DNA of 64,000 bases from Schmidtea nova (lineage: Eukaryota). The translations under genes and the position numbers were made by a program. This document shows, one piece after another, positions 48,790 through 60,700 of this stretch. The notes beneath the pieces are model-generated. The model was not told the DNA's origin. It ran no database searches and worked only from the letters and a program-made list of their open reading frames with translations. Where the stretch lies: the NCBI GenBank assembly GCA_044892505.1, contig CM097882.1, forward strand, positions 157,480,001 through 157,544,000, given 5' to 3'. The first letter of the stretch is position 1. Every line of letters starts with the position of its first letter.

Positions 48790-49803
48790 ATTTTAGAATT
48801 ATAATTTATTTTGAGCAATTTTAGAAAATTTCTTGAAGAGAATATGTTGGAACTGGCCCTTCAAGCACTGTAAACTGGAAAAATCCTTGCCGGAGATTCT
48901 TATCCCTCAAACTGAATGACCATCAATTTTTATCAATAAATTTTTAGATAATTTTTTTCGTCTTTACTCTTTTTCGTTTGAGTTTTTATTATTTTTATGA
49001 AATTTTTGTAAATGGGAAATTAAAATAAACTGTAATGTAAATGGCCTATTTGATTGTACTAAGTTTGGCTGGGTATATTTAATTTTATATGGTATGGTTG
49101 AATGATAGATATAAGTGAATGAAATTTTGGTATGGTTTTTCTGGATGTATGATGCCGACTAACATAACTGTGTAGAATTTTCAGTATGGTTTGCTTGTGT
49201 GTATATAACTATTGAATGCTAATAAATGATACTGTGTATGTGTGTATATTGTATTTTAAATATATGTTGCCTGTGTATTAGTATGGGAAATGTTATTGAA
49301 TGAAATGGATGTAATTTTTTGCAAATAGGGATGCGTTATGATTTTTGAGATATCGTGGGGGGTATTTATAATATACTATATATAAATTATATAAAATATT
49401 TTTAAAATTAAAATAATAATAATAATTTTTATATTAAAATAATAATAATAATTTTTATAATAATTTTTATAAATTTTAGATTTATAATTTTACGAAAGTA
49501 ATATAATAATAAAATTTCTAATTTTTATAATATATATTTAATAATTTTTATAAATTTATAATTTTATGAAAATAATATAATAATAAAATTTCTAATTTTT
49601 ATAATATAAATTTTTATAATACTTTTTATAAATTTTAAATTTATAATTTTATGAATATAATAATAAAGTTTATAATTTTTATAATATACACTTTTATAAT
49701 ACTTTTTATAAATTTTTAATTTATAATTTTATGAAAGTAATATAATAATAAAATTTCTAATTTTTATAATATACATTTTTATATTCGAATTTTTATATTT
49801 TAA

Positions 49804-49837
<34 letters not shown>

Positions 49838-51620
49838 AAAAAATTTTTCCTATAGAATTTTGAAATTTTGGATTTTTTAAAATGATAAAATTTTCAATAT
49901 AATAATAATATTTTCGATTTAAAATTTTTATTGGTTTCAATATAAGTTTTGATTTATAAATTCTTAGGAATTTTATAAAATGACAAAATCTTTTATATCA
50001 TAACAATATTCGGAGAATTTTTGGTTCACAATTTTTCATTATAAAAATTTTTCCAATATAATAAAAAGTAAATTTTTATTTTTTGATCGAAACGAAATCC
50101 ACATCATAATAAATTTTTCATCCATAGATTTCGAAATCTAAATAAGCATTTAATCTAAAAAATTTTTATATGCTAAATAAAAATAAAATAAAAATAAGTT
50201 ATAAATTTTTCAACGAATATTTTTCGACATCGAATAAAGTTAATTTCGGTTTCATTATTATTCCATCGGATTTGAGCATTAATTCGAACGATTTACTTTT
50301 TAATATCGGTTTTTAATATCCTGGATCTTGGATGAGAAGAAAATTATTGTGAAGGTGAAGGCGAAGGACGAGTAAAATGTTTTTGCATAATTATTTTTCC
50401 TAATGGAAAAGATGTTGCTGGAGAGATTGGTTTTTACGTTTACATGTGGTATTAATTTTCAATATATCAAAAATTATAAATTCGGATAAACTACATTTAT
50501 TATAAATTAATATCATTAATATAATTTCTTGCCTTGGGCCAAGCCACTGTTCCCCAGTTGGGATGAAGTGATCATGGATGGTTAGGCTATTCACCTGAAC
50601 TCGGAAAAATGGACTGATCGATTTACGTATCGAACCAGCGATCCGCTCAGGCTACTTCCACCCGATCGGCACAAGGCCAGACACAGGCTTCAGGGGGTAT
50701 GGAAAAAAAAATTTATTTAGTTACTTTTATCATTTTTTAAGATAATATTGTGGATTTAACTCTCTGAGATTTTGTGACAAACAAAAAAAAATTATAAGTA
50801 AATATTTTAATATTCATTCGATAAAAATAGCATAACAATAATAATATAAAATTATAAAAATATTACCGGTACGGGGTAATCGAACAGGCATGGTGTTCGA
50901 TGACCCCGCGCCAACAAAAGAATAGGACTTACGAATAAATTAAAATTTATAAGTTTTCTTGAATAAAATTTCACAAAATTCTGATAAATTCCATTTTGAT
51001 GGCGGTATATATACCATCGATTTTGCGTTACCTTCAGTAGTGTAATAAAACAAATTGTTCTAGAATTTTCCATTTAATTTTTCTAAATTAATTCTAATGA
51101 TTTTCCGAAAATTAAATCCATATTTTTGTGTAATAATTTTTTACAAAACACAAATAATTTATTTTAATTCCAAATTTTTGTTTTTGAATCGAAATTTGTT
51201 CGATTTGATTTAATTTACGATATTTCGATTAATTTTAGTTCTTTTTATTGTTAATGTGAAATATTTTGATAAAATCACAATTTTCGGCTAAAATTTTTGT
51301 TAATTTTTTCTGCATGAAGGTTTTTATAACACAATTCCGTTTTTTGGGTATTTTCAATGGGTTTTGCGCCTATTCTAACTTTTAAACGTTCTTCTTTTGA
51401 TGGTATTTGATTTTTCTCGAGGTTTCAATGTAAGGGCTTTCAGACTCACAGCTAGCGCGTTCTCTACTGGTTGATGTGTTGTGAGTCCACTTCACCTTTT
51501 GTTGTTTTTCACTTAATTGCTTGGATTTTTAATGGATTTTTGGGTTAAAACTGAATCTTGCGCGCTCTCTACCTATGGGGTTATCGTTTTATTAAAACAG
51601 TTTGTGGTTTTTGCCCAACA
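48790..51620 (-). mobile_element. 3' LTR (copy C) of the giant Gypsy element; left boundary uncertain (~48300-48790)
   Basis: Begins TGTTGGG on minus at 51620, ~1.2 kb downstream of the polyprotein end; homologous to copies A and B. Confidence 0.8.
50998..51018. promoter_or_regulatory. Palindromic TATA element in the LTR
   Basis: gatggcggTATATATAccatc, conserved at 44464-44484 and (TATATAAA) at 3646-3666. Confidence 0.5.
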
Positions 51621-52844
51621 TAAAATACTCGGGGGCCCGCAAAAATTGCGTCCCGCAATTTCTCAGAGGGGTTAAGAACCAAGACTAATCAAAGGTCAAA
51701 AGGTTGTACATTATACACGAGCTACTTGGTCGTGATCATGCCGTTCGCGACAATAAAAATAAAAAGTGATAAAATTTAATAAAAAGTTAATATGTATACA
51801 TTAATATGAGTCTACATAGACTCGCAAGCAAAAAAAAAATTAAATATAATGTAATATATGTGCCTACAGCGGCTAATCAAAGTTCAATATGAGTCTACAA
51901 CGACTCGGATAAAAGTTTTATAAAATTCAGTTAAATTGTTTATATTCTGGTACTTGACGAATAGTATTGTATTGGTTGTTCTATTGTAAATTGAGGATTT
52001 GTTTCTCGTTTTCTGGGTCGTCTTGGGGATTGTTCCGCTTTGGTTGACATAGTTGATAATTCATTGGATAATAGCACGGAGCGAGTATAAGGTGATTGAA
52101 TATGCTCCGTAATTTTCTCAGTTCGGTCTTGATTTGGATCATATAATTCGGGTTTTCGGATGTGACCGCTCGTAGTTCATCATTTGACTTTGTCCATTCT
52201 TTCATAGATTATCTGATCTCGATTCATTGGACGATTTATTAAGGTAATTGTTCTGGAATTTGATTGATCGTAGGTGTGGATTTTGATTCTTGCTTCAAAG
52301 GTTTGATTTTTCTCTTGATTGGAGCTTTGTTTTAAGATTTTGCTGGCTCCCTTTTCGCATTATTGCTTTTAATTGTTTCTTTCAAATTTTTCTTGATTTA
52401 ACTTAGGTTTCTGCTTCACTTTTCTGGTTTGGATTGTTTTGATTTCATTGACTTTCTGATTTGTCTGGTCTTGATGTTTGATAATTTTTGTTGATGTTCG
52501 GTCTTTTTATTCTCTATTTTTTCTGATTTACTCAAATATTTTTCTGGCTCTCCGATTAATTCATTTTTTAATGGTAACTTTTCTGCGAACAAGCTTGACT
52601 TTGACTTTAAATGATCTCTTTAATTTAATTCGACCAGTTTTTTTTTTTTTTTTTTTTATAATACAAATAATCATACTTTTATTATAATATATTTTGTACA
52701 TTATTTACACTTCATTTTGTTTATTACACCAACGTCTTTAAGATACACACATTTTTTTGATTTTTGGTGTTTTTCATTATACAATTTTCTCATACTTTTA
52801 CGATACTATATATTTTGTACATTATTTACACTTTGTTTCGTTTG

Positions 52845-53471
52845 TTATACCAACGTCTCCTGAGGGCCGAAATATAGGTTTCGCATTCCCCCATACAATT
52901 CATTTGTAGTTCGATATATATCTGCTTCTATTATTGACGGATTTATCGTTGGTGGTAGTCCTTGCATCCACATTCCATTGAATTCTGATCCATTGCATAT
53001 CTCATATTCGTCTTCCGTCTTTACTTCTTCTAAACTGATTCCATATTCAAACTTCTCGATGCTTGGCCATTGTCTCTTTCTTTTCGGTTTTCTTTTACAT
53101 CTTCCAGTGATTTTTGCATGTTGTGTGAGAATCAAAACCAATATTGTGCCTATTATTCCGGCAGTTATCCATATCATTTTGATTGCTATTTTTGATTCTT
53201 CTACTGCTGCTGATATTGTTGTTGGAGATTCCGTTGTTGTTTGTACGATTTTGATCGGTCTCCCTCCTTGAATTATTCGTTCGGCTTCTTCCTCCGATAT
53301 ATATTTATTATAAACTGTTGATTTTGTTGTTAGTATTTGATCTTCTGTACTGAATTTTCTGGTATCGTCTACTCGTCTAGGTAATTTTGAAATAAATTGA
53401 CATGTTGGATGTTCATTTAATTTTTTGTAGAGGCATACCCGGTATTTAGTTCCTCGTTCCCATCCGGCTAC
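52845..53471 (-). CDS. Frameshifted continuation of the polyprotein: end of FN3-like repeat 4, Thr-rich stalk, TM helix and cytoplasmic tail
   Basis: The -1 frame is open from ~53495: VAGWERGTKYRVCLYKK...TTTESPTTISAAVEE...MIWITAGIIGTILVLILTQ-HAKITGRCKRKPKRKR... Confidence 0.8.
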   Translation of the reverse strand, partial: VAGWERGTKYRVCLYKKLNEHPTCQFISKLPRRVDDTRKFSTEDQILTTKSTVYNKYISEEEAERIIQGGRPIKIVQTTTESPTTISAAVEESKIAIKMIWITAGIIGTILVLILTQHAKITGRCKRKPKRKRQWPSIEKFEYGISLEEVKTEDEYEICNGSEFNGMWMQGLPPTINPSIIEADIYRTTNELYGGMRNLYFGPQETLV

Positions 53472-54770
53472 ATAATAATAAATGATTTTTCTTCTTTATT
53501 GCTCACACTTTTACACTTTTCTTGTTGTAGTTTTACTTCATAAATGCATATTCTAGCAATAAGATGTCCTTGTACGTTTTTGACTTTTATAATATCATTT
53601 TGAAAGAATTTTTCGGTTTCTTTTTGTATTCGGTTTGGAGTGATTGATATTGATATTTCTTTTCTGTAACCTTTGACTATCGTTGGTTTCTCTGTTACAG
53701 TTATTGTTGCTCTTGGGAGTCTTATTGCTTTTTCAACCGGTTCTCTCCCGCTTTCTGTGCTTGTTATTATTTGTTCTGTTGTGGTGTGTTCTTGACAAAT
53801 TGGGACTAACGTTCTCCATATGCATATTAGATACGTTGTCTTTGATTCTAACTCTTTGATTATCATTTGTTCCTTTCCCTTTACTGACTGTTGATAGCAT
53901 TTGCTAGGGTTGTCAAGCCCACTATTCATATCGACCTTTCTCCAACAAACCTTTTTGATTACTTCGTCATGGTTGTTTATTAGTATTATTTCCGTGGATT
54001 TCGTTTCTACTATCAGAGGGTAATAAGTAGTTGTTCCATTGGTTGTTGTAGTTGTCGTTATGATTTCCTTGGTGAGTTTTTCTAGACATAGTTTTTGTGT
54101 CCATATTCTTCTTATGCATATCGTGTAGCTTGTTCCTGGCTTCAATCCTGGTATTCTGAATTTTCCAATTTGGCCTGTCATTTGAAATTTACACGATAAT
54201 TGTCTGTCTTTATTTTGCATATGGATGGTTTTTATCCAACAAATTTGAGTTATAGGCTCTATCACCTTGTTTGTTATCATCATCTCTTTTTCTTTCACTT
54301 CTATTGTTGTTTTGTTCTGGATCGTCATCATAATCTTTTTATCTTGCTCTTCTTCTTCGTTTTCTTCTTCATTTTCATCTGTTGAGGTTTTTGTGACACT
54401 TTGTATTTTTTCTAGCTTGTTCCTCTCGTTTCCCATTTTCGTAATCTTTTCTTTAGCTGCACAGATTGCTCTTATTTGATTTGTCCGATATACACATATT
54501 ATATACGTTGTTCCTGATTCGAGTTTTTCGATCTTTTGCTCTTCTCCTATTGCTAATGCTGTTCTTATGCATTTCTGGTGATCACTGACTCCATTTTTCC
54601 GTATTGCAACTGTACATATTTTAATTATTAGCTCTCCTTTGATATTCGTTATCCATATATTTTCTGTATCTGTAACTATTCTCGCCTCTGCTCTCCTCTG
54701 ATCAAATATGTAATCAATTGCTTTCACCCAATTCAACATTGTCAATAATATTGTCATAATTATTGTATTT
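53400..54770 (-). other. Second signal-like segment plus four FN3-like repeats
   Basis: NTIIMTILLTMLNWVKA; repeats LESGTTYIICVY, LKPGTSYTICIR, LESKTTYLICIW, WERGTKYRVCLY. Confidence 0.75.
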
Positions 54771-57700
54771 TTACCTGGATTTTTAAGTAGACATACCGTT
54801 CGATTTTCATAGTTGGAATTTTCTTGTCCATTCTTGTTCTCTTTATTTTCGTCTTCGTTTTCGTTGTTTTTATTCTCCCATTTGTCACTGTTTCTGTGAT
54901 TTCCGTGATCGCTGTTATTATCATTTAGCTGCTGTTCATTGCTATCGTTGTCTTTATCGTCTGATTTGCCGTCATCGGGATCGTTCAGATCACCCTCGGT
55001 TTCTTTTAAAATGTCGTCCTCGACATTTATATCTTTGATTATTTCCCAATATAATTTGATAATTCTTTGTTCATCTAATTTTATTTCACCCATTTTGCAT
55101 TTCAATGTTCCAGCATCGTCGTGAAGATAACTCTTGTCTTTATTTTTGATCTTTTTTCGCCATTCTTTAACCAATTCAAGTAGTTTTTCTCTCTTTGTTT
55201 TTATTTTCATTTCTTCGTTTGGCTTGTTTGTGAATCTGAAGTCTGATCTTTTTAGTAGTGCTTTTGCTACTCTAGGTAATGTCCAATTTTCAATCAAAGC
55301 TCGCTCCATTAACACGTTTTTATCATTTTTGAACTCGTTGTTCACATTCATCAGTCCTTCTCCAGAGAGTGGATCTTTCCATTTTATCATTTTTGTAGCT
55401 ACTATTTCGTCTTTTCTCATTACTGCTCTTAATAATGGCTTTGGATTTAAACTCAGGATTTTAATGTCCTCTTGACTTGCTTTTGATAAAAGGTACTTGG
55501 CTATTGTATAATAAGGTGATCTGTAAACGTATGATAGTACAGTTTCATTGTTGTTATCCCTTTCTTTGATACTTGACCCTGTTCTTAGTAACTCCTCGAT
55601 TAAGTCTTTGGACCCTCCTTCTTCTACTGCTAGCATTAATGGTGTTTGTCCTTTCCAATTTTTTATATTCGAGTGTTGTCCACATCTTTCCATGAGTTTA
55701 ATTATTTCCATAGCTCTTTTTCCTTCTCCCTTCCTCAAGGCTACATTTAGTGGTGTTTTCTCATTGAAATCAGTCATTGTAAATAATATTGGCATTCGCT
55801 CCTTGATTATATTAATAACTTTTGGTGTTGCCTTTCCTCTGGCATAATCATCTATTATCCGATTTAGTCCGTTTATTATTTCGAATACGTGTTTGCCTTC
55901 TGTCCATTCCGGCATAATCTCTTTTGCTGTTTCTATTATCAGATCCATTTCTTTTATATGTTCGATTCTCGCATCATCCGTTATTTCTTGCTTAATTTGT
56001 AATGTTGGACTTCTCATCTTTGGTGCAAAGAATGTTGTGTCTCCAAAACATCCACATCCTTTACTCTTTCTAAGCATGCATATTTGTCTTGTCTGTGATC
56101 TGGTCATTATTCTCCTTTCCTCTGGTTCTTTTGTCGCAGTTTTTTCTACTCGTTTACATCTACACACATTCACGTATATCGGTCGAACTAACGGATTGTT
56201 GACTAATTTTACCCGGATATTATTTTTGCTAACAAATATGACTTCATATGGTCCTTTTCCCGTTCTCTGTAATTTTTTCGCTGTTCCTGGGATGATTTCT
56301 GGTGTTTCGACTATCACCCAATCGCCTAGCTTGAACTGATGTTCATGTACATTTCTCTTTTTGTCGTGTAGTTCTTTGTAACTCTCTTGATTGAATCGTA
56401 TATTCATACCTGCAACTTTCCAAATTTCTTGCATTCGCTCCTTGAATTTTGTTACGTAATCATCGATTTCCATATATTGTGATATTGGTGGTTGATATTC
56501 AAGATCCATTGGCATGTTGCATTCTCTGCCGTACATCAATTTAAACGGACTCATTTTTGTTGCCGAGTGAATCGACATACGGTATGCCATTAGACATAGA
56601 TTCACATATTCATCCCAATCCTTTTGGTGTTTACTGACATAATTTGACATCATCTCAATCAATATTCCGTTAAATCTCTCCGTTTGTCCATTTGTTTGGG
56701 GATGATATGGTGAAGTTCTCAACTTAGCTATTCTGAAATAATTGGTAACTTCGTTGATGATCTCGCTCATAAAATTTGTTCCTTGATCGGTTAAAATTTG
56801 TTTTGGTGTTCCATATCTACAACATATTTCTTCGACTAATATTTTGGCTATTGTTCTAGCTTTCTGATCTGGCATTGCAAATGCTTCTGGAAATTTTGTT
56901 AAGTAATCAGTTATTACTAATATATAAACATTTCCATGATTTGTTTCTGGTAAGGGTCCTACTACATCCATTGCGATCATTGTCATAGGTTCTGGTGGAA
57001 TTGGCATTGGTTTTAAAGGTGTTTTCATTTTACTGCCAGTGCTTTTTCGCGTTGCACATATTAGACAATTCCTAATCCATTCTTTCACGTCTTCCCCAAT
57101 ATTTGGCCAAAAATATTTCTGTTTTAATCTCGCTTCCGTTTTCTTAGCTGACATATGTCCACCAAGTTTTCCATCGTGGTATTGCATCAGGATGTCTTTC
57201 CTTCTACTTTCTGGTAAACACATGAGTCTTTTTTCTCCGTCCATTGCTAATAACCAGCCTTTTTCAATTGTATATTTGTGCCTGTTTTTCTCCATATGCT
57301 CCTTTAGTTGGCTGTTATGCTCAAAGATTTTCATATCATTCTTATTCAAATATTCGATGATTAGTTTTAGCTCTTCATCTTCATTTTGTTCCTGTTGCAG
57401 TTTAGTGAAATCAATATCTTCTGCGATTATCATACATATTCGCCTGACATCTTTGTCCATTAGTTCTTCAAACATAAATCTTGACATACAATCCGCATTT
57501 GCGTTCGCTTTCCCTGACTTTAACTTTATATATGGCGAATATTCTTGTAGCTGCATTGCCCATCTCATCAATCTGCTTGACGCTTCTTTATGCTGGCCTA
57601 ACCATACTAACGGTTGATGATCTGTTGTGATGTATATTTCGTGACCCCACAATAGATATTTGAAATGTTTAATCGCCTGAATGATTGCTAGCGCTTCTCT

Positions 57701-60700
57701 TTCCGTTACTGAGTAATTCTTCTCGTGTTTTCGAAAGGTTTTGCTGTAGTATCCTATCACTCTTTCTCTCCCATCTTCATCCCATTGTCCTAGTACGGCT
57801 CCTGACGCATATCCACTTGCGTCGGTTGCTAATAGAAATGGTTTTTTGAAGTCTGGGTGTACTAATATTGGCGATGAAATTAATTTGTCTCGCAATGCTT
57901 CGAATGCATTTTGTTGTTCTCTTCCCCAGATAAATGGTGTATCTTTTTTGACTAGCTCTTGTACAGGCTTTGCAATTCCCGCGTAGTTTTTAATAAATTT
58001 CCGATAATAACCGCATAGTCCTAAAAATTCTTGTATTTGGGTTATGGTTTTCGGTATTGGACAATTTTTTATCTTTTCGATATTTCTTGGGTCCGGCTCT
58101 TTTCCTTTAGCTGATACAATGTGACCCAAAAAGGTAACTTTTGGTTTTGCCCAATCACATTTTGAGGGTTTTAATTTTAATTTCCATTGCCTTAATCGGA
58201 TAAATACGTTTTGGATATCTTGTAAATGTTGATCGAATGTACCCGAGTAAATCAATAAATCATCAATATATACCATATATTGTTTTATCCCGTGAGTTAC
58301 AAAATTCATACATCTTTGGAATGATGCAGGTGCATTAGTTAAACCAAATGGCATCTTTTTGAACTGGTACAGATCTTTTCCGATGGTAAACGCTGTTTTC
58401 TCTCTGTCCTCTTCTTTCACTTTGATCTGCCAGTAACCGCTTTTCAAATCTAATGACGTGAAGTATGCTGCACCATGTAATGTTTGTAACATTTCGTTGA
58501 TATCTGGTAACGGGTATGTATCCCTCTTGGTTACTGCGTTCAATTGTCGATAATCAATACAAAATCGTTGGGTACCATCTTTCTTTTTTACCATTACTAC
58601 TGGAAATTGCCATGGTGAACAACTTGGTTCAATCACATCTGCGTCTAACATCTTTTGCACTTCGGCTTCGGCCACTGCTTCCTGCGCCTCCGCTAGTCGA
58701 TATGGTCTCAATGTGATCGGTGTTTCGTCTGTTAGGGGAATAGTATGTTGAGTTACATCACTCGTTCCCAAGTCTAAATCAGATGCTGCAAAGATGTCTT
58801 TAAATTCTAACAATACTGTTTTTAGTTGTTCTTTTTCAGTATCGTTTAAAATTTCACTGTCGATTACCCATAACTCTTCCACTTTACTCTCATCCTCTTG
58901 AATTTTAGGTAGTTCAATATTCAACATCGGGGTTAATTTTCCCAATCTCTCGTTTTCGTAGATGATTTTGTCTTCCTCGTCGAAATTGGTGATGTTGATT
59001 GGTATTTCGTTTTCTTTGTTGACGTTCACTATTTCTCTTGCCAATGGTAACTCTTTTCTCATCTCAAAATTTTGATTTGGTTCAAATATCATTTCACCGA
59101 CTGCCGTGTCTTTCACTTTGGTGAAACATATCATTTGCGTTCTTCCTGGTACGACAATTTTCTTTGAACACCTTACTTCCGTTTTCATTGAACAGATTTG
59201 TCCGCTTTTATCTTTCAACCTCATCGTACTCAAATCGATAACAATCTCCTTTAGTAATTCTGGCATTAAGTCTGTCCCAATGATACATGAGGCACCCAAT
59301 TGTTTTATTACAGCTAAGTAAGTAGACATCTCTACATCTTTATACTTAATATCTGACCATATTTTCCCAATAACTTTGACGGATTCTTTATTGCACGTGA
59401 CCACATCCATTGGTGCTTCTTCAATGCAAGGCCATAACATGCCTGGTATCATATTCATGTTTATTGCTGATATATTTGCACCGGTATCTATCATTGCATC
59501 CATTTCAACACCGTTGATTTCAATGGCAATAGTAAGGGTTGGTCCAGCGGATGTTCTCATCATGGCTATTGTCATTGTTTCTAGATTTTTCTCTTCGCTT
59601 TGTGGTCTGTTTAGTATTGTTGGGTCTGGTCTGTTTAGTATTGCTGGGTCAATCATTGCCCAATTTGGTTCGTAATGTGCTGGGTAGAAATTTGGCATTG
59701 GTAACATTCGTAGTCCAGCTCGTGTTTTTTCTCTCACTGTTCCTGGTCTTTGTGGGTTAGGGTATGTCATTGGTGGAAGATTTTGACCTTCCCATTGTTT
59801 TGATTTTTCTGCTTCCCATATTGGTGCGGTACCATTTGATCCGGAGTTCGCTCCTCCTTGATTTCCTTTATCATCGTTATCACTATCGTCATCATCCGAG
59901 TCTTTCCTTCGGTTATCCCACCATCTTTTCCATCCACTACGTCTGGTTTCTTTGTATTTCGTTCTCTCTGCTTCGTTTTTCATAATGAATCTAAATTTTC
60001 TACCGATCTCTTCGTCGGTTCCTTTCATCTTGGTCAGTATTCCAATTAACCTCTTTATTCTATGAATGTCTTTTGAATGCCCATGCAATACCATAGTTTT
60101 AGCCAAAAATGGTAGGAATCCAAGTGCCATTTTCCAATTGATTTGTCTCTCTCTTTTATAGATATCAAAACAAGCTAGCATCTGAGTTATAATAACTCTG
60201 ACTATTTGAATAATTAGGATTATCCCTAATATTCCTGCCATCATCTGTCCAAATACTAAGAATTTTCCCCACATAGCTTTCATCATATTATTGGTTGCGT
60301 GTTTGAAATGTTCTGGTGACAACAATAACTCGTAATTCGGACTTCCCACGAAATTTGTTCCACCGGTTATGGCTATAATATTTGATAGTACTGCTTGTCT
60401 TTGGGTTGGAAATAGTATGTGCTTTCTCGCTGCTTCTAAATCTGCATCTCTGTACACTCCACTGTGTGAAATATCTATGGGTTTAAATTCTATTTCTGTT
60501 GTTAACTCTGTTAATCCAAATCGTTTAGGTGCTGATACAATTTGCCGATTTGGAAATACTACCCATTTTCCATTTCCCATGTCATACATTGGTCCATACG
60601 CATTACTACAATTGAACTGATGGGGTTCGTAATTTGGTGGATTTATTATTCTCGTTACTGCTTGTACAAATCGACTTCTTCCTTTATAGAATATTTCCAA

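Noticed and set aside
51630-51641. cgggggcccgc as a tRNA-Pro primer-binding site
   Set aside because: It lacks the TGG start, lies 10 nt from the LTR end and would imply the opposite orientation to the polyprotein.
53468-53495. Programmed -1 ribosomal frameshift
   Set aside because: No canonical X XXY YYZ heptamer in the ~27-nt overlap; mutation or sequencing error is more likely.
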